In this document: positions 24,282-35,933 of the stretch, one piece after another
How positions within the stretch are numbered: the first letter of the stretch is position 1
How the letters are laid out: every line of letters begins with the position of its first letter
NCBI GenBank assembly: GCA_051530055.1
Contig: CM121341.1
Coordinates: forward strand, 4,318,784 to 4,382,783
DNA from: Neoechinorhynchus agilis
Taxonomy: Eukaryota > Animalia > Acanthocephala
Direction: 5' to 3'
Length of the DNA stretch: 64,000 bases
Notes under the pieces: generated by a model
The model's input: only the letters and a program-made list of their open reading frames with translations
Told to the model about the DNA's origin: nothing
Databases searched by the model: none
Position numbers and translations under genes: made by a program

Positions 24282-24665
24282 CGTGAGTTCTGGTCGATTT
24301 CGCGCGGGTGTCGAACAAAGGAAATTCGGTATCCACTAGGCCCTTTCCAAATGAATCAATGATGGCCTAGCTTGCATACTCTGTTTCCTATTGGTCCATT
24401 CATTTCATTATACACGGAAGTATCCATGTTTCATGAGATTCGAACCTCATCAGCAGTGAATCCGTACGTAAAAAAATGCTCTTGGAAATTGCTTTTGAAC
24501 AATCGAACATTCAGTTTAGAAATTAATGGACGTAAACTTGTGAACGAAAAACACTTTTAGTTGTGAAACGATCTGATTGGCTGGATTTTAGCATTAAAGT
24601 CAATATTCCCTAATTTTGTTTGATAAAATCCTTCATTTTAACGACGCTAATGATGCACCGTTTCG

Positions 24666-27619
24666 CCAGAATTTTAAATATCGATTTTCCCTGTAAAATC
24701 ACAGCTTTTATCAACTCTTTATATCACGAGCCGAGCTTTGTTAATAAGCTTCAACTCTTTTTGCAATCATCTTTAAATATTTTATTTGTTTTAAAAGGCT
24801 GGTTTTTTAATTGTTAACCTTAGAATCCGTAATCCGTTGTTTTTTCCGAAATATCGAATTCAATCAATTAATTTTTTTCGCCCTATAAAAACATGAATAA
24901 TTCAATCTTCAAACATTGTTATTTTGCTCGACTCGTTCAAAGGAAACCAATTTAATCATTAATCTTAATAAAACTTATACACCAAGAACCTCACTAATCA
25001 ATTCTACTGCATTTCTTAAACATTTTAACATTAAAAGACACACCAGAATTTTAAATATCGATTTTCCCTGTAAAATCACAGCTTTTATCAACTCTTTATA
25101 TCACGAGCCGAGCTTTGTTAATAAGCTTCAACTCTTTTTGCAATCATCTTTAAATATTTTATTTTTTTTAAGGCTGGTTTTTTAATTGTTAACCTTAGAA
25201 TCCGTAATCCGTTGTTTTTTCCGAAATATCGAATTCAATCAATTAATTTTTTTCGCCCTATAAAAACATGAATAATTCAATCTTCAAACATTGTTATTTT
25301 GCTCGACTCGTTCAAAGGAAACCAATTTAATCATTAATCTTAATAAAACTTATACACCAAGAACCTCACTAATCAATTCTACTGCATTTCTTAAACATTT
25401 TAACATTAAAAGACACACCAGAATTTTAAATATCGATTTTCCCTGTAAAATCACAGCTTTTATCAACTCTTTATATCACGAGCCGAGCTTTGTTAATAAG
25501 CTTCAACTCTTTTTGCAATCATCTTTAAATATTTTATTTGTTTTAAGGCTGGTTTTTTAATTGTTAACCAGAATCCGTAATCCGTTGTTTTTTCCGAAAT
25601 ATCGAATTCAATCAATTAATTTTTTTCGCCCTATAAAACATGAATAATTCAATCTTCAAACATTGTTATTTTGCTCGACTCGTTCAAAGGAAACCAATTT
25701 AATCATTAATCTTAATAAAACTTATACACCAAGAACCTCACTAATCAATTCTACTGCATTTCTTAAACATTTTAACATTAAAAGACACACCAGAATTTTA
25801 AATATCGATTTTCCCTGTAAAATCACAGCTTTTATCAACTCTTTATATCACGAGCCGAGCTTTGTTAATAAGCTTCAACTCTTTTTGCAATCATCTTTAA
25901 ATATTTTATTTTTTTTAAGGCTGGTTTTTTAATTGTTAACCTTAGAATCCGTAATCCGTTGTTTTTTCCGAAATATCGAATTCAATCAATTAATTTTTTT
26001 CGCCCTATAAAAACATGAATAATTCAATCTTCAAACATTGTTATTTTGCTCGACTCGTTCAAAGGAAACCAATTTAATCATTAATCTTAATAAAACTTAT
26101 ACACCAAGAACCTCACTAATCAATTCTACTGCATTTCTTAAACATTTTAACATTAAAAGACACACCAGAATTTTAAATATCGATTTTCCCTGTAAAATCA
26201 CAGCTTTTATCAACTCTTTATATCACGAGCCGAGCTTTGTTAATAAGCTTCAACTCTTTTTGCAATCATCTTTAAATATTTTATTTTTTTTAAGGCTGGT
26301 TTTTTAATTGTTAACCTTAGAATCCGTAATCCGTTGTTTTTTCCGAAATATCGAATTCAATCAATTAATTTTTTTCGCCCTATAAAAACATGAATAATTC
26401 AATCTTCAAACATTGTTATTTTGCTCGACTCGTTCAAAGGAAACCAATTTAATCATTAATCTTAATAAAACTTATACACCAAGAACCTCACTAATCAATT
26501 CTACTGCATTTCTTAAACATTTTAACATTAAAAGACACACCAGAATTTTAAATATCGATTTTCCCTGTAAAATCACAGCTTTTATCAACTCTTTATATCA
26601 CGAGCCGAGCTTTGTTAATAAGCTTCAACTCTTTTTGCAATCATCTTTAAATATTTTATTTTTTTTAAGGCTGGTTTTTTAATTGTTAACCTTAGAATCC
26701 GTAATCCGTTGTTTTTTCCGAAATATCGAATTCAATCAATTAATTTTTTTCGCCCTATAAAAACATGAATAATTCAATCTTCAAACATTGTTATTTTGCT
26801 CGACTCGTTCAAAGGAAACCAATTTAATCATTAATCTTAATAAAACTTATACACCAAGAACCTCACTAATCAATTCTACTGCATTTCTTAAACATTTTAA
26901 CATTAAAAGACACACCAGAATTTTAAATATCGATTTTCCCTGTAAAATCACAGCTTTTATCAACTCTTTATATCACGAGCCGAGCTTTGTTAATAAGCTT
27001 CAACTCTTTTTGCAATCATCTTTAAATATTTTATTTGTTTTAAAGGCTGGTTTTTTAATTGTTAACCTTAGAATCCGTAATCCGTTGTTTTTTCCGAAAT
27101 ATCGAATTCAATCAATTAATTTTTTTCGCCCTATAAAAACATGAATAATTCAATCTTCAAACATTGTTATTTTGCTCGACTCGTTCAAAGGAAACCAATT
27201 TAATCATTAATCTTAATAAAACTTATACACCAAGAACCTCACTAATCAATTCTACTGCATTTCTTAAACATTTTAACATTAAAAGACACACCAGAATTTT
27301 AAATATCGATTTTCCCTGTAAAATCACAGCTTTTATCAACTCTTTATATCACGAGCCGAGCTTTGTTAATAAGCTTCAACTCTTTTTGCAATCATCTTTA
27401 AATATTTTATTTTTTTTAAGGCTGGTTTTTTAATTGTTAACCTTAGAATCCGTAATCCGTTGTTTTTTCCGAAATATCGAATTCAATCAATTAATTTTTT
27501 TCGCCCTATAAAAACATGAATAATTCAATCTTCAAACATTGTTATTTTGCTCGACTCGTTCAAAGGAAACCAATTTAATCATTAATCTTAATAAAACCTA
27601 TACACCAAGAACCTCACTT
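24666..27619. repeat. Tandem array A: ~375-bp unit, ~8 copies
   Basis: Identical pseudo-ORFs recur at 24916, 25291, 25663, 26038, 26413, 26788, 27164. Confidence 0.98.
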
Positions 27620-28129
27620 AGATTAATTTACGATGATTGATGAGGCGAGATTTCTTCTCTTTCGAAATATTTCCCAATAATAAAATGATATTATACAAGT
27701 CAACATTGTTGATTAATTAAGCTTAGAAACTTTTAGATTGATGCGATAGGCTTACGATCGAATCAAACGACTGATAAAACATTTCAACTGCAAAACTAAA
27801 GGCAAATTGTTGTTGGTTGAAGATTGTGTTCCAATGGATTATTTACACGTTAGAAAAAATTTAGGAATTGGATGACACTAATTTATTTGTTGTAAATTGG
27901 TGTTAAGTAACATAAACTCAAATCACAAAAGATCATTGCTTTCAATAATGGTCTCGGAAAACCTTTTGATCTCAATATTTAAAAAGTCTCAAGGAAACAA
28001 AAATATTGAAAAAATTGGTGATAATCGAATGAAAATTGTGCTTTTCGATTACCATAGCAACTATATACGTTGATTGGAAATTAAGTCTAAGCTAAAAACC
28101 GTAACCAATCTTTCTCGCAGATTTGAGAA

Positions 28130-29908
28130 ATGTCCGTCAGTGGAAGTATGATTCAGCTTCAGATCGGTGGATGCGGGAATAGGTTGGGATCCCATTACTG
28201 GCTAGCGTTATCGGATGAACACAACATCAACACTTCAACCGGACGATACGAGGGTAGCTGCCTAAACGACCTTTTATTCGCCGAAACATCGTTCAATCTT
28301 AACAAACAGGGCCAATATCGACCTAAATGTATTTTGATCGACAACGATAAATCTAGAGTCGATGGGATAATAGCGGAAGCAGGTCTTCAATCTTTTATGT
28401 GTGATAATAGTATTGTTGTGGTTAAAGGAGATTCAATGTGTGTGGATCGAGATTGGGTTGAGACGAAGATCTCCGTAGAGCCCATTTTTGACGAGTTAAG
28501 AAAGGAGTTGGAAATCAACGACTACCCATGTGGACTCCAGTTAGTTCATTCGGCTTCTGGTGCATTCACAAGTCGATGCACCAGCGAGCTTTTACTTGAG
28601 ATAAAGAATCGTTTTAGCAAGAAGTTTGTGATGAACGCAGTCGTTTTACCGGACATTGAACCGGGTAGCGTTGGTGGAGGCAGCTTCCGAATGATTCCTT
28701 TGTTTGATTCATTAATCAACCATTCGAACGGATGTATCCTATACGACAATCGTTCTCTCCAATCGATTTGGCATTCGCTTCATTGTGAAAGCATTGAAAT
28801 GTGCAGTCTTAATCGTCTCGCCGCTGCTCACTTATCTGGAATGACCGCAACTTATAGACTGCCTGGACCCATGAACCGAACAATTTCAAGTTTGATGAGC
28901 GGGATAACCATCTTCCCTGAAATGCATTTTTATGCTCCGTCGATAGCTCCAATGTATAGCCTTAGCAAGAATGCTTGTTGCAAAGGAAATGTTTTTGATT
29001 TTACTCGACGACTGTTTGATATCGACAATTTGATGATCGAAGTAACAAAACATCCGAATTTGATCAAATACTATGCTTCCTCTTGTGTGTATCGAGGGGT
29101 CGTCTCCCCATTTGAAGCTAGAAGAGAGATAGATAATTTAATTTCCAAACGTCCAGAGACTTTCCCGCCTGATTCTGGATTCATCTTTGAACATGCGTTC
29201 GTGTCCATTCATAACGAACATGGACCATTGGCTTTATCGGCTATTACGAGCACTAATGGCTGTGCTGATCCTCTTCAAAGAATCATTGATACTTGTACGG
29301 TTAAAGAAGGAAAAGTGCTTGAACGCTTTTTAGAAAATAAAGGAGAAGATGAAAAAACGGAATTTCATAACCAAGAAAAAAATCTGATGAGACTCGTGGA
29401 AATGTATGACAAGGATGCACTTGATGCATTCGATGTTAAACTGGAAGGTGGAGACCAAACTGAACCAAAGGAAGTGGGTACTAGATCTCATAGTAAAACA
29501 AAGTCCAAGAAAGGTAGGAAATCCGAACGATCAGAAATTAAAGCCGAGCCACGAACGCCAAAAGGGAGCAGGCGAAGCAAAGCCGAACCATTGACTGGCA
29601 ATGTTTTGCTGAATCATGATACAAACTATAATGAACGAGAGCAAATGGAACGAAATGCAATCGAACCCGAACAGAATGCGAAAATGTCTACTAGAAATAA
29701 AATGGAACAATCAGAGTCGAAGGATGACAAAAAAAAATCGTTGGATAACTTGGAATCAAGAGGAGGAGGAGAAGAGAGTAACACGTTTAAAGAATCACAT
29801 GAAGTTGAAGGTACCTTGGACACTCAAAGTGGGGCAGATTTGAAGAAATCACAGGAGAATCTTGAACGTTCACTAGAAACTCAAAGAAAAAGGGATGCTG
29901 GGGATTGA
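28130..29908 (+). CDS. Highly divergent beta-tubulin-like protein, intronless, with a ~170-aa charged C-terminal extension
   Basis: [49 protein letters not shown] resembles [54 protein letters not shown]. Confidence 0.85.
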   Translation: [592 protein letters not shown]

Positions 29909-30380
29909 TTTTCGAAAATCGCATTTGAATAATTTTTTAATTTCTTTTAATAAATCGTTGAATGTAGATCGTAATGACATTTTAGCCATCTGATTTAACA
30001 CTGTTAAAAATTGATCTAAATGATATGACAATTTTTACTTTGATCGTTCGTAATGACACAATGAAACGAAATTGAAAAAAGATTTTCTTATTGTAAATGA
30101 CAACTCGAGGTTTGTATTGCAATTAGACTAAATTCTTGAAAGCTTTATTTTACACATTACAGCACTTTAGTTGCGCTTAATCGTTAATTTTCACAGATTG
30201 TCTCGATTCTCAAACGTTATCAATCATTGTTGATGTTTATGTAAAAATATTTTTGAATATCCTATGATTAGCGTAACTTATTGGCGAAACGGTGATTATT
30301 GATGATAGATGCTGTTTCATTACCGACACTCGAGGTTACTCGCATAAATCGAGATAACAGCTCATTAATATTCGTCGACG

Positions 30381-30905
30381 ATGGGTGCTTGTTGGTGCAA
30401 AAATCAAGGACGGAGTGAAGAAGCCAATAAGGAAGCTCTGTCGGTAATGAGAGTCAGTGAAAAGATGGAGACTGGCCGCATTGTCGAAAAAACGGACCAA
30501 GAAAATGAAAGTGATCGACAAAAAGACAGTTTACAATCTGGTGAAATCAATGGCGATGAAACCCAATGTGAGCCTGACAACCAAATTCCTTCTATAGTTG
30601 TATCGACGACCTCCATTGGAGATTCTGTGACCAAAGAATCGAATCAAGAAGGCTTGCATTTCGAATCCAAATATAAGAGTTTGTCAAGCAGTGACCGTTT
30701 GGAAGCGGTCAAGAGAGAATATGAACAATTGAACTCCAAGCTTCAGAAACTAATGACAGTAGTGACAAACACTCTACTTGTCGACGAGGCTCATGCTAGA
30801 TTGCGTTTAGAAAGATCAAATAACTTGGATGTGAACAATTTTGTACCGCCTAGTGAAATATGTGGCGGAGATCCAAAGAATTACAAGCGAAATGGATGCG
30901 ATTGA
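30381..30905 (+). CDS. Hypothetical 174-aa protein; MGACWC acylation-like N-terminus, C-terminal coiled-coil
   Basis: ATG-initiated ORF with natural composition; no family recognised. Confidence 0.6.
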   Translation: MGACWCKNQGRSEEANKEALSVMRVSEKMETGRIVEKTDQENESDRQKDSLQSGEINGDETQCEPDNQIPSIVVSTTSIGDSVTKESNQEGLHFESKYKSLSSSDRLEAVKREYEQLNSKLQKLMTVVTNTLLVDEAHARLRLERSNNLDVNNFVPPSEICGGDPKNYKRNGCD

Positions 30906-31347
30906 GATGAAACGGACAACCATTTAATAGAATTAGCGTAGGCATAGTATTGCATTTAGTTGAAATATAAATTAAAAGTGTTTTAATTGGCTACCAGAAT
31001 CTAATTAAAGTTCACCAATAATCAGGAAAAACAAAAGAGCGCTTTGATTCCAAATTCTATATCGTGCTCATTTTTTTGAAATAAGAAAATTACTTTCAAA
31101 TGACTCTGATTACTTGGGGTTATCTAGAAAATAATGAATGAACCGCAACCTGTAAGGATTTGTGTTTTTATTCAAATTTTAACCTAAAGAGGACTTTAGA
31201 TGCAATATGCCGTAGTTTGGGACAAAGAAGCTTAGATAGGTACAGAGATCTGTCACCATTGTCGTAGAAAGCATGGCACCTGCACCGTTGACCATCTCTG
31301 CCACCTCTTCCAATTTCTTGATAATATGAATCCATATGGCGCTCCTA

Positions 31348-32137
31348 TCCCGATTAGGGGTCAAGTGGTCCGAATCCGTACCAAAAAGGGGACGAAATGC
31401 CTCGTTGAAAGGAGGAAGCTCACAAATGAGAGCCCCGCCTCCTCGGGAGGTATCTGAGGATTCGGACGAAGATGTACAAACTCTTAACCGTGCATCAGAG
31501 ACAATGTGGTTATATCACTTCTCTGATGTAATTGGTTTGGCTTTATGCCTAAATAAATAAGCCGGACAAGAAAGGGATTGACTAAAATTGAATGATGATA
31601 ACATACCGGCTTGCCAGTAAAACTTAAAAATAAGAACACAGCGCTCACCCTGAGTCGATAAACTGGCTGAGTTTGACATTTCGTAGTTGTGTCGAGGTGG
31701 TCAAGTGGACTAATGCCCGTGATCCCGATTAGGGGTCAAGTGGTCCGAATCCGTACCAAAAAAGGAAAGAAATGCCTCGTTGAAAGGAGGAAGCTCACAT
31801 GAGAGCCCCGCCTCCTCGGGAGGTATCTGAGGATCCGGACGAAATGTACAAACTCTTAACCGTGCATCAGAGACAATGTGGTTATATCACTTCTCTGATG
31901 TAATTGGTAAGTGGTCCGAATCCGTACCAAAAAGGGGACGAAATACCTCGTTGAAAGGAGGAAGCTCACAAATGAGAGCCCCGCCTCCTCGGGAGGTATC
32001 TGAGGATCCGGACGGAGATGTACAAACTCTTAACCGTGCATCAGAGACAATGTGGTTATATCACTTCTCTGATGTAATTGGTTTGGCTTTATGCCTAAAT
32101 AAATAAGCCGGGCAAGAAAGGGATTGACTAAAATTTT
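31348..32137 (+). mobile_element. Cluster of three SINE-like copies (31348-31590, 31691-31908, 31908-32137)
   Basis: Near-identical ~220-bp bodies; the middle copy has a tRNA-like head with A-box TGGTCAAGTGG (31698) and B-box GGTCCGAATCC (31742); taaataaataa near the 3' end. Confidence 0.7.
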
Positions 32138-33053
32138 TAATGATAATCAAAGAATCCTTTGGGTTTTTCATATTTTAAGGTTAAATGCCAAGTTCGCGTG
32201 TTCTTCATTAACCACAATGTTCAGTTAATCGGTAATTGGCTATAAAATACGAATAAATGAGAAATAAACAGAACACAATATAAAATTGGAATCAAAGAAC
32301 CCTTTTGTTTTTCCTTATTTTGCAAACTTCAATTAGAAAAATGGTCTATGTAAAATCAATAGTCGTCCAATGTCACTTCCACATTTCTGATCAGCTGAGA
32401 AAGATTGGATTAACATCGCATTTAAATAATCTGGAAGTTTTAATTATTTTTAATGGAGCGATTTTTTTACACCATTTTCTTTATGTAAGGAGATAATCGA
32501 CGTGATCACTCAAAATCGATTTTAGGAGGGCTTCGATTCCTCCAGGTTTTTTATCAAGCAAAATCACTTCTTTTTAACACAATCGCAACCTTTAGATTGA
32601 AATGTCGACGAAGCCGAGACTTCTTATTTTTCGTAACGTTTAGAGAATCATTTAGCGAGCAATCGGAAATCATACGAATCCACGCAGTTTTATTAGACTA
32701 CAAGTTTAAAATAAATTTTTTTGGGTATGTGACAAAAAGAGCATTGACTGTTATCGAAACTGTTAATCGGTGCGAATCTTACGGAGCGGCTGATACTTCA
32801 ACCGATTCAGAACTTTTTACATTCAAAAGTAATCAAAGATCTACGTTTCCTAACAGTCGTATAAACAAATACATGGATTGGGTTGCAAACAAAAAAGACT
32901 TGAACTATTTATTGGTCTTCTAAATAACGCAAATTTAATTCGTAATCTTGTAATTATTTTTTTATTTTCATTAGCAAACCTGTTTGTTATTTGGATGACT
33001 ACTGAGCATCAATCTAAGCCTTAGGATCTGAAGTATTCACAATTCAAAATACA

Positions 33054-35291
33054 ATGAATGAATCTGGATATCAAGGAACATTTACACTAAAGATCTCAGA
33101 GTTCTTCGAAAACGAAAGCGTATTACCCAAATGGAAGTTCAATTTTGCTCAAAAAGCCGTTGCCAGCACCATAAAGATCATCAACATTACATTCCTCGTC
33201 CTCTTAATCTTCTTCAGCAATTTATGGATATTTAAATCCACCAGCGAAAAAATAGATTTCGCCATTCGGATTCGCTCAAACGAAGATGCATTTAAGTTTA
33301 TTGACAATATTCAAAGCCAAAAAGGAACAACTTTGTGTTGGCTTGGGCGAATCGACGTCTTGAGCGAATTCTACAGTATCCAATTGAACAAAATCACCCT
33401 ATCAATATTCATCGTCTCAATTATCTGGACGTTTTTACTCGCAATTCGTAAGCGAAGATGTCAAACAAAAGAGTCGGTTCTTTTCAATCCATTCAGCAAA
33501 ACAAATAGACTTGAATCAGCTTGCGTATATGGAATCCTGGCAATAGAAATCCTGCACTCCTTTGAGAAGATTTTGATCGTGACAACAAGAACGCCACAAA
33601 GCGGTCCATTACTGGATCTTTTTCGACAAATAGGAATCGTTATTCTGATTGGAACAAGATATTTGCCGATTATTATGACATTGGAACTAAATCCAAATGA
33701 TGTCGTGTGTTCCGGTTCATCGGCTTTGTTCATGTGGACGGAAATGTTCTTTCAAACAGCACGAGATGCTCAATGTGGTCCCACGGAGCAATCAATAATC
33801 CAAATTAAGAAACGAATAGCCGCAATTTCTTCAAACGTGACGCTTAGTCCAGAAAACGTTAATGGATTATTTGGCGATTCCGTTCCTCTATCATCAAGTG
33901 CCGTAAAGTTCAGAATTCTCAGACAACTTCCTTATTACATATTCGCGTCCCTGCTCGCAAAAAATCTCTCAACACTCTTCGTGTTCAATATTCTCAGGCT
34001 TCGAAGAACCCAGCTATCGCAAATAAGCAATTTTACATTTGTGAAATGGTTTGTGAAACGAAACAATGAAGAAAATGAGATAAATTACGTTCAGTGCCTG
34101 TTCAAAAAGAAAGATCGCAATAGGAAACAATCTGGGTTTAAGTTCTCAAAGCAGATAATTAACCTATGGGCCATTGGATTCGCTTCAATCCACTACTTTA
34201 CATTCTGGACCATTCAGAATGTAGAAATGCTGACGGATGGAATTTTTCATTTTGTGCATTCCTTGATGCTTCCTCTGGTTAATTTTCTTAGTTTTGAGGC
34301 CAAGGCAAGAAAGGAAAGTCTTATGGATGAAGTTGTCCGAATTAAACTTCACCGGGATTTCCGAATTCTGGCAATAATTTGCAGTATTGCTTGTACCATT
34401 CAATCGATAGAAGCGATGAGAAGTTATAAAAGACACATGATATCCGCTTTTAAAGGACGTTTTGAGGAAATCCCAAAACGAAAGCGGTCCGTAAACGCCA
34501 ACACAATCATAAAAGCTGTTCATTTTCCCGGTTTCATGATTGGATACTTGATATGGGGATATTTGATCCTCGTGATGAGTGCGTTTATCCTTTGGCTTCT
34601 TATCAGAAGTCTCATCGAGGCACCGATTCCGATCGAAATTGTTCTAAGATGGATCCTTCCAGTGCTGATCCTCTTCATTCTGAAACTGGTACTCGTTAAA
34701 CTAATGAGTCGATCAATATTCACAACCAACGAAAATGGAAATCCGTCAATCGAGAACATACAACTCCTTTATGCGTTCAATTTCTTCAATTTCTTCTTTG
34801 ATTGTTTCATTGGGATGGTTGTTTGTGTTTGGAGAGTCGCTCAGACTACCATTGCGGCTCTCGTGTTCATGACGAGAATTGATCGAAGTTCGCTAGGACG
34901 CGGCCTTGAATGCTACGATAAAGGATTTGCGGCTTATGCCAGTTGGATTCATCTTGAATCTCAGCAAACGAATCCGGTGATGCTGGTCTTCTGCCAAATC
35001 GTCTCCGGCAAAATCAAAGAACGGCGTTCAATGAGGAACTTTTCTAATGAAAAACTCGCTCCAAAGCATGGAGCAAATACAAAACTCATTGTCGAGCAAG
35101 CAATGGAAAATGTTTCAAGGCGACGACGAGCTCAATTCAGATTTTGTTTGTTGAAAACATTAACAAATAATCCTTGGATGGCGCAGTTGAGGAAGCAAAG
35201 AAGTCTTGGGGCTCCATCAATATACAAAGAAGATTACAGTCTTCTTTATCAATCAACCAGTGATAGTGCTGAAATATCAAATTGTAGTTAG
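33054..35291 (+). CDS. STRA6-like multi-pass membrane protein, intronless, 745 aa
   Basis: FPGFMIGYLIWGY, FNFFFDCFIG, RIDRSSLGRGLECYDKGFAAY...HLESQQTNPVMLVF, RFCLLKTLTNNP...LRK resemble STRA6/STRA6L C-terminal motifs. Confidence 0.82.
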   Translation: MNESGYQGTFTLKISEFFENESVLPKWKFNFAQKAVASTIKIINITFLVLLIFFSNLWIFKSTSEKIDFAIRIRSNEDAFKFIDNIQSQKGTTLCWLGRIDVLSEFYSIQLNKITLSIFIVSIIWTFLLAIRKRRCQTKESVLFNPFSKTNRLESACVYGILAIEILHSFEKILIVTTRTPQSGPLLDLFRQIGIVILIGTRYLPIIMTLELNPNDVVCSGSSALFMWTEMFFQTARDAQCGPTEQSIIQIKKRIAAISSNVTLSPENVNGLFGDSVPLSSSAVKFRILRQLPYYIFASLLAKNLSTLFVFNILRLRRTQLSQISNFTFVKWFVKRNNEENEINYVQCLFKKKDRNRKQSGFKFSKQIINLWAIGFASIHYFTFWTIQNVEMLTDGIFHFVHSLMLPLVNFLSFEAKARKESLMDEVVRIKLHRDFRILAIICSIACTIQSIEAMRSYKRHMISAFKGRFEEIPKRKRSVNANTIIKAVHFPGFMIGYLIWGYLILVMSAFILWLLIRSLIEAPIPIEIVLRWILPVLILFILKLVLVKLMSRSIFTTNENGNPSIENIQLLYAFNFFNFFFDCFIGMVVCVWRVAQTTIAALVFMTRIDRSSLGRGLECYDKGFAAYASWIHLESQQTNPVMLVFCQIVSGKIKERRSMRNFSNEKLAPKHGANTKLIVEQAMENVSRRRRAQFRFCLLKTLTNNPWMAQLRKQRSLGAPSIYKEDYSLLYQSTSDSAEISNCS

Positions 35292-35933
35292 ATTTATTTA
35301 TGCCAATTATTATATCCATTAGTTTAGTATATAATATATTTATCAGTTTATTTTTGGGATTCCATGACTAAACACCGATAAAAAGACTGTTTTCATGTGT
35401 GTAACTTGGATCGGCTGTTGAAATGATAAAGAAAATCTTTATTTCTGAGAGCTTTTACCGTCTTACGGCTTCTTCAGGAATTATCTACAAAGGCTCGTGG
35501 AGTTGTCTGTTGAGCAGTTCCGGGACTTTATCGAGCCTTCCACATGCCCCGGATAAAGATTTCTTTATCATTACAACATCCTAAGCAAGTGTCAATTTTC
35601 AAGCGGCTGAAAAATCAAAGTAGTATTTCACAGCACATCAAGGAGATGCGTCCGGATCGGTAGAAGAAAATCTAAAAATAAGAATTCCGTGAAGCTAAAG
35701 TTATCGGAGAATCATAGAGACCAATGTGGATGTAGTTTTTTTTTTACATAACTCTTTTATAAAAATTCTTTAAAGATACGGTGCAGTATTTAATGCTCTC
35801 CAATGAAGAAAACGGCAGGAAAAAAGGGCTCTGGTGGTTCGTTTACTTTTCGTAAAGAAGGAAATGATATTGACGGGTATGATCATGTCGCACCAGGACG
35901 ATTTCTTTTATAAAAAACATTAAACGAGTCAGT

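Noticed and set aside
24916-27433. Repeated 89-aa ORFs (MLFCSTRSKE...)
   Set aside because: They start at TTG within satellite units; products of the tandem repeat, with no coding signature
31691-31760. tRNA-Ser/Leu-like sequence
   Set aside because: No complementary acceptor stem and an altered B-box; treated as a SINE head
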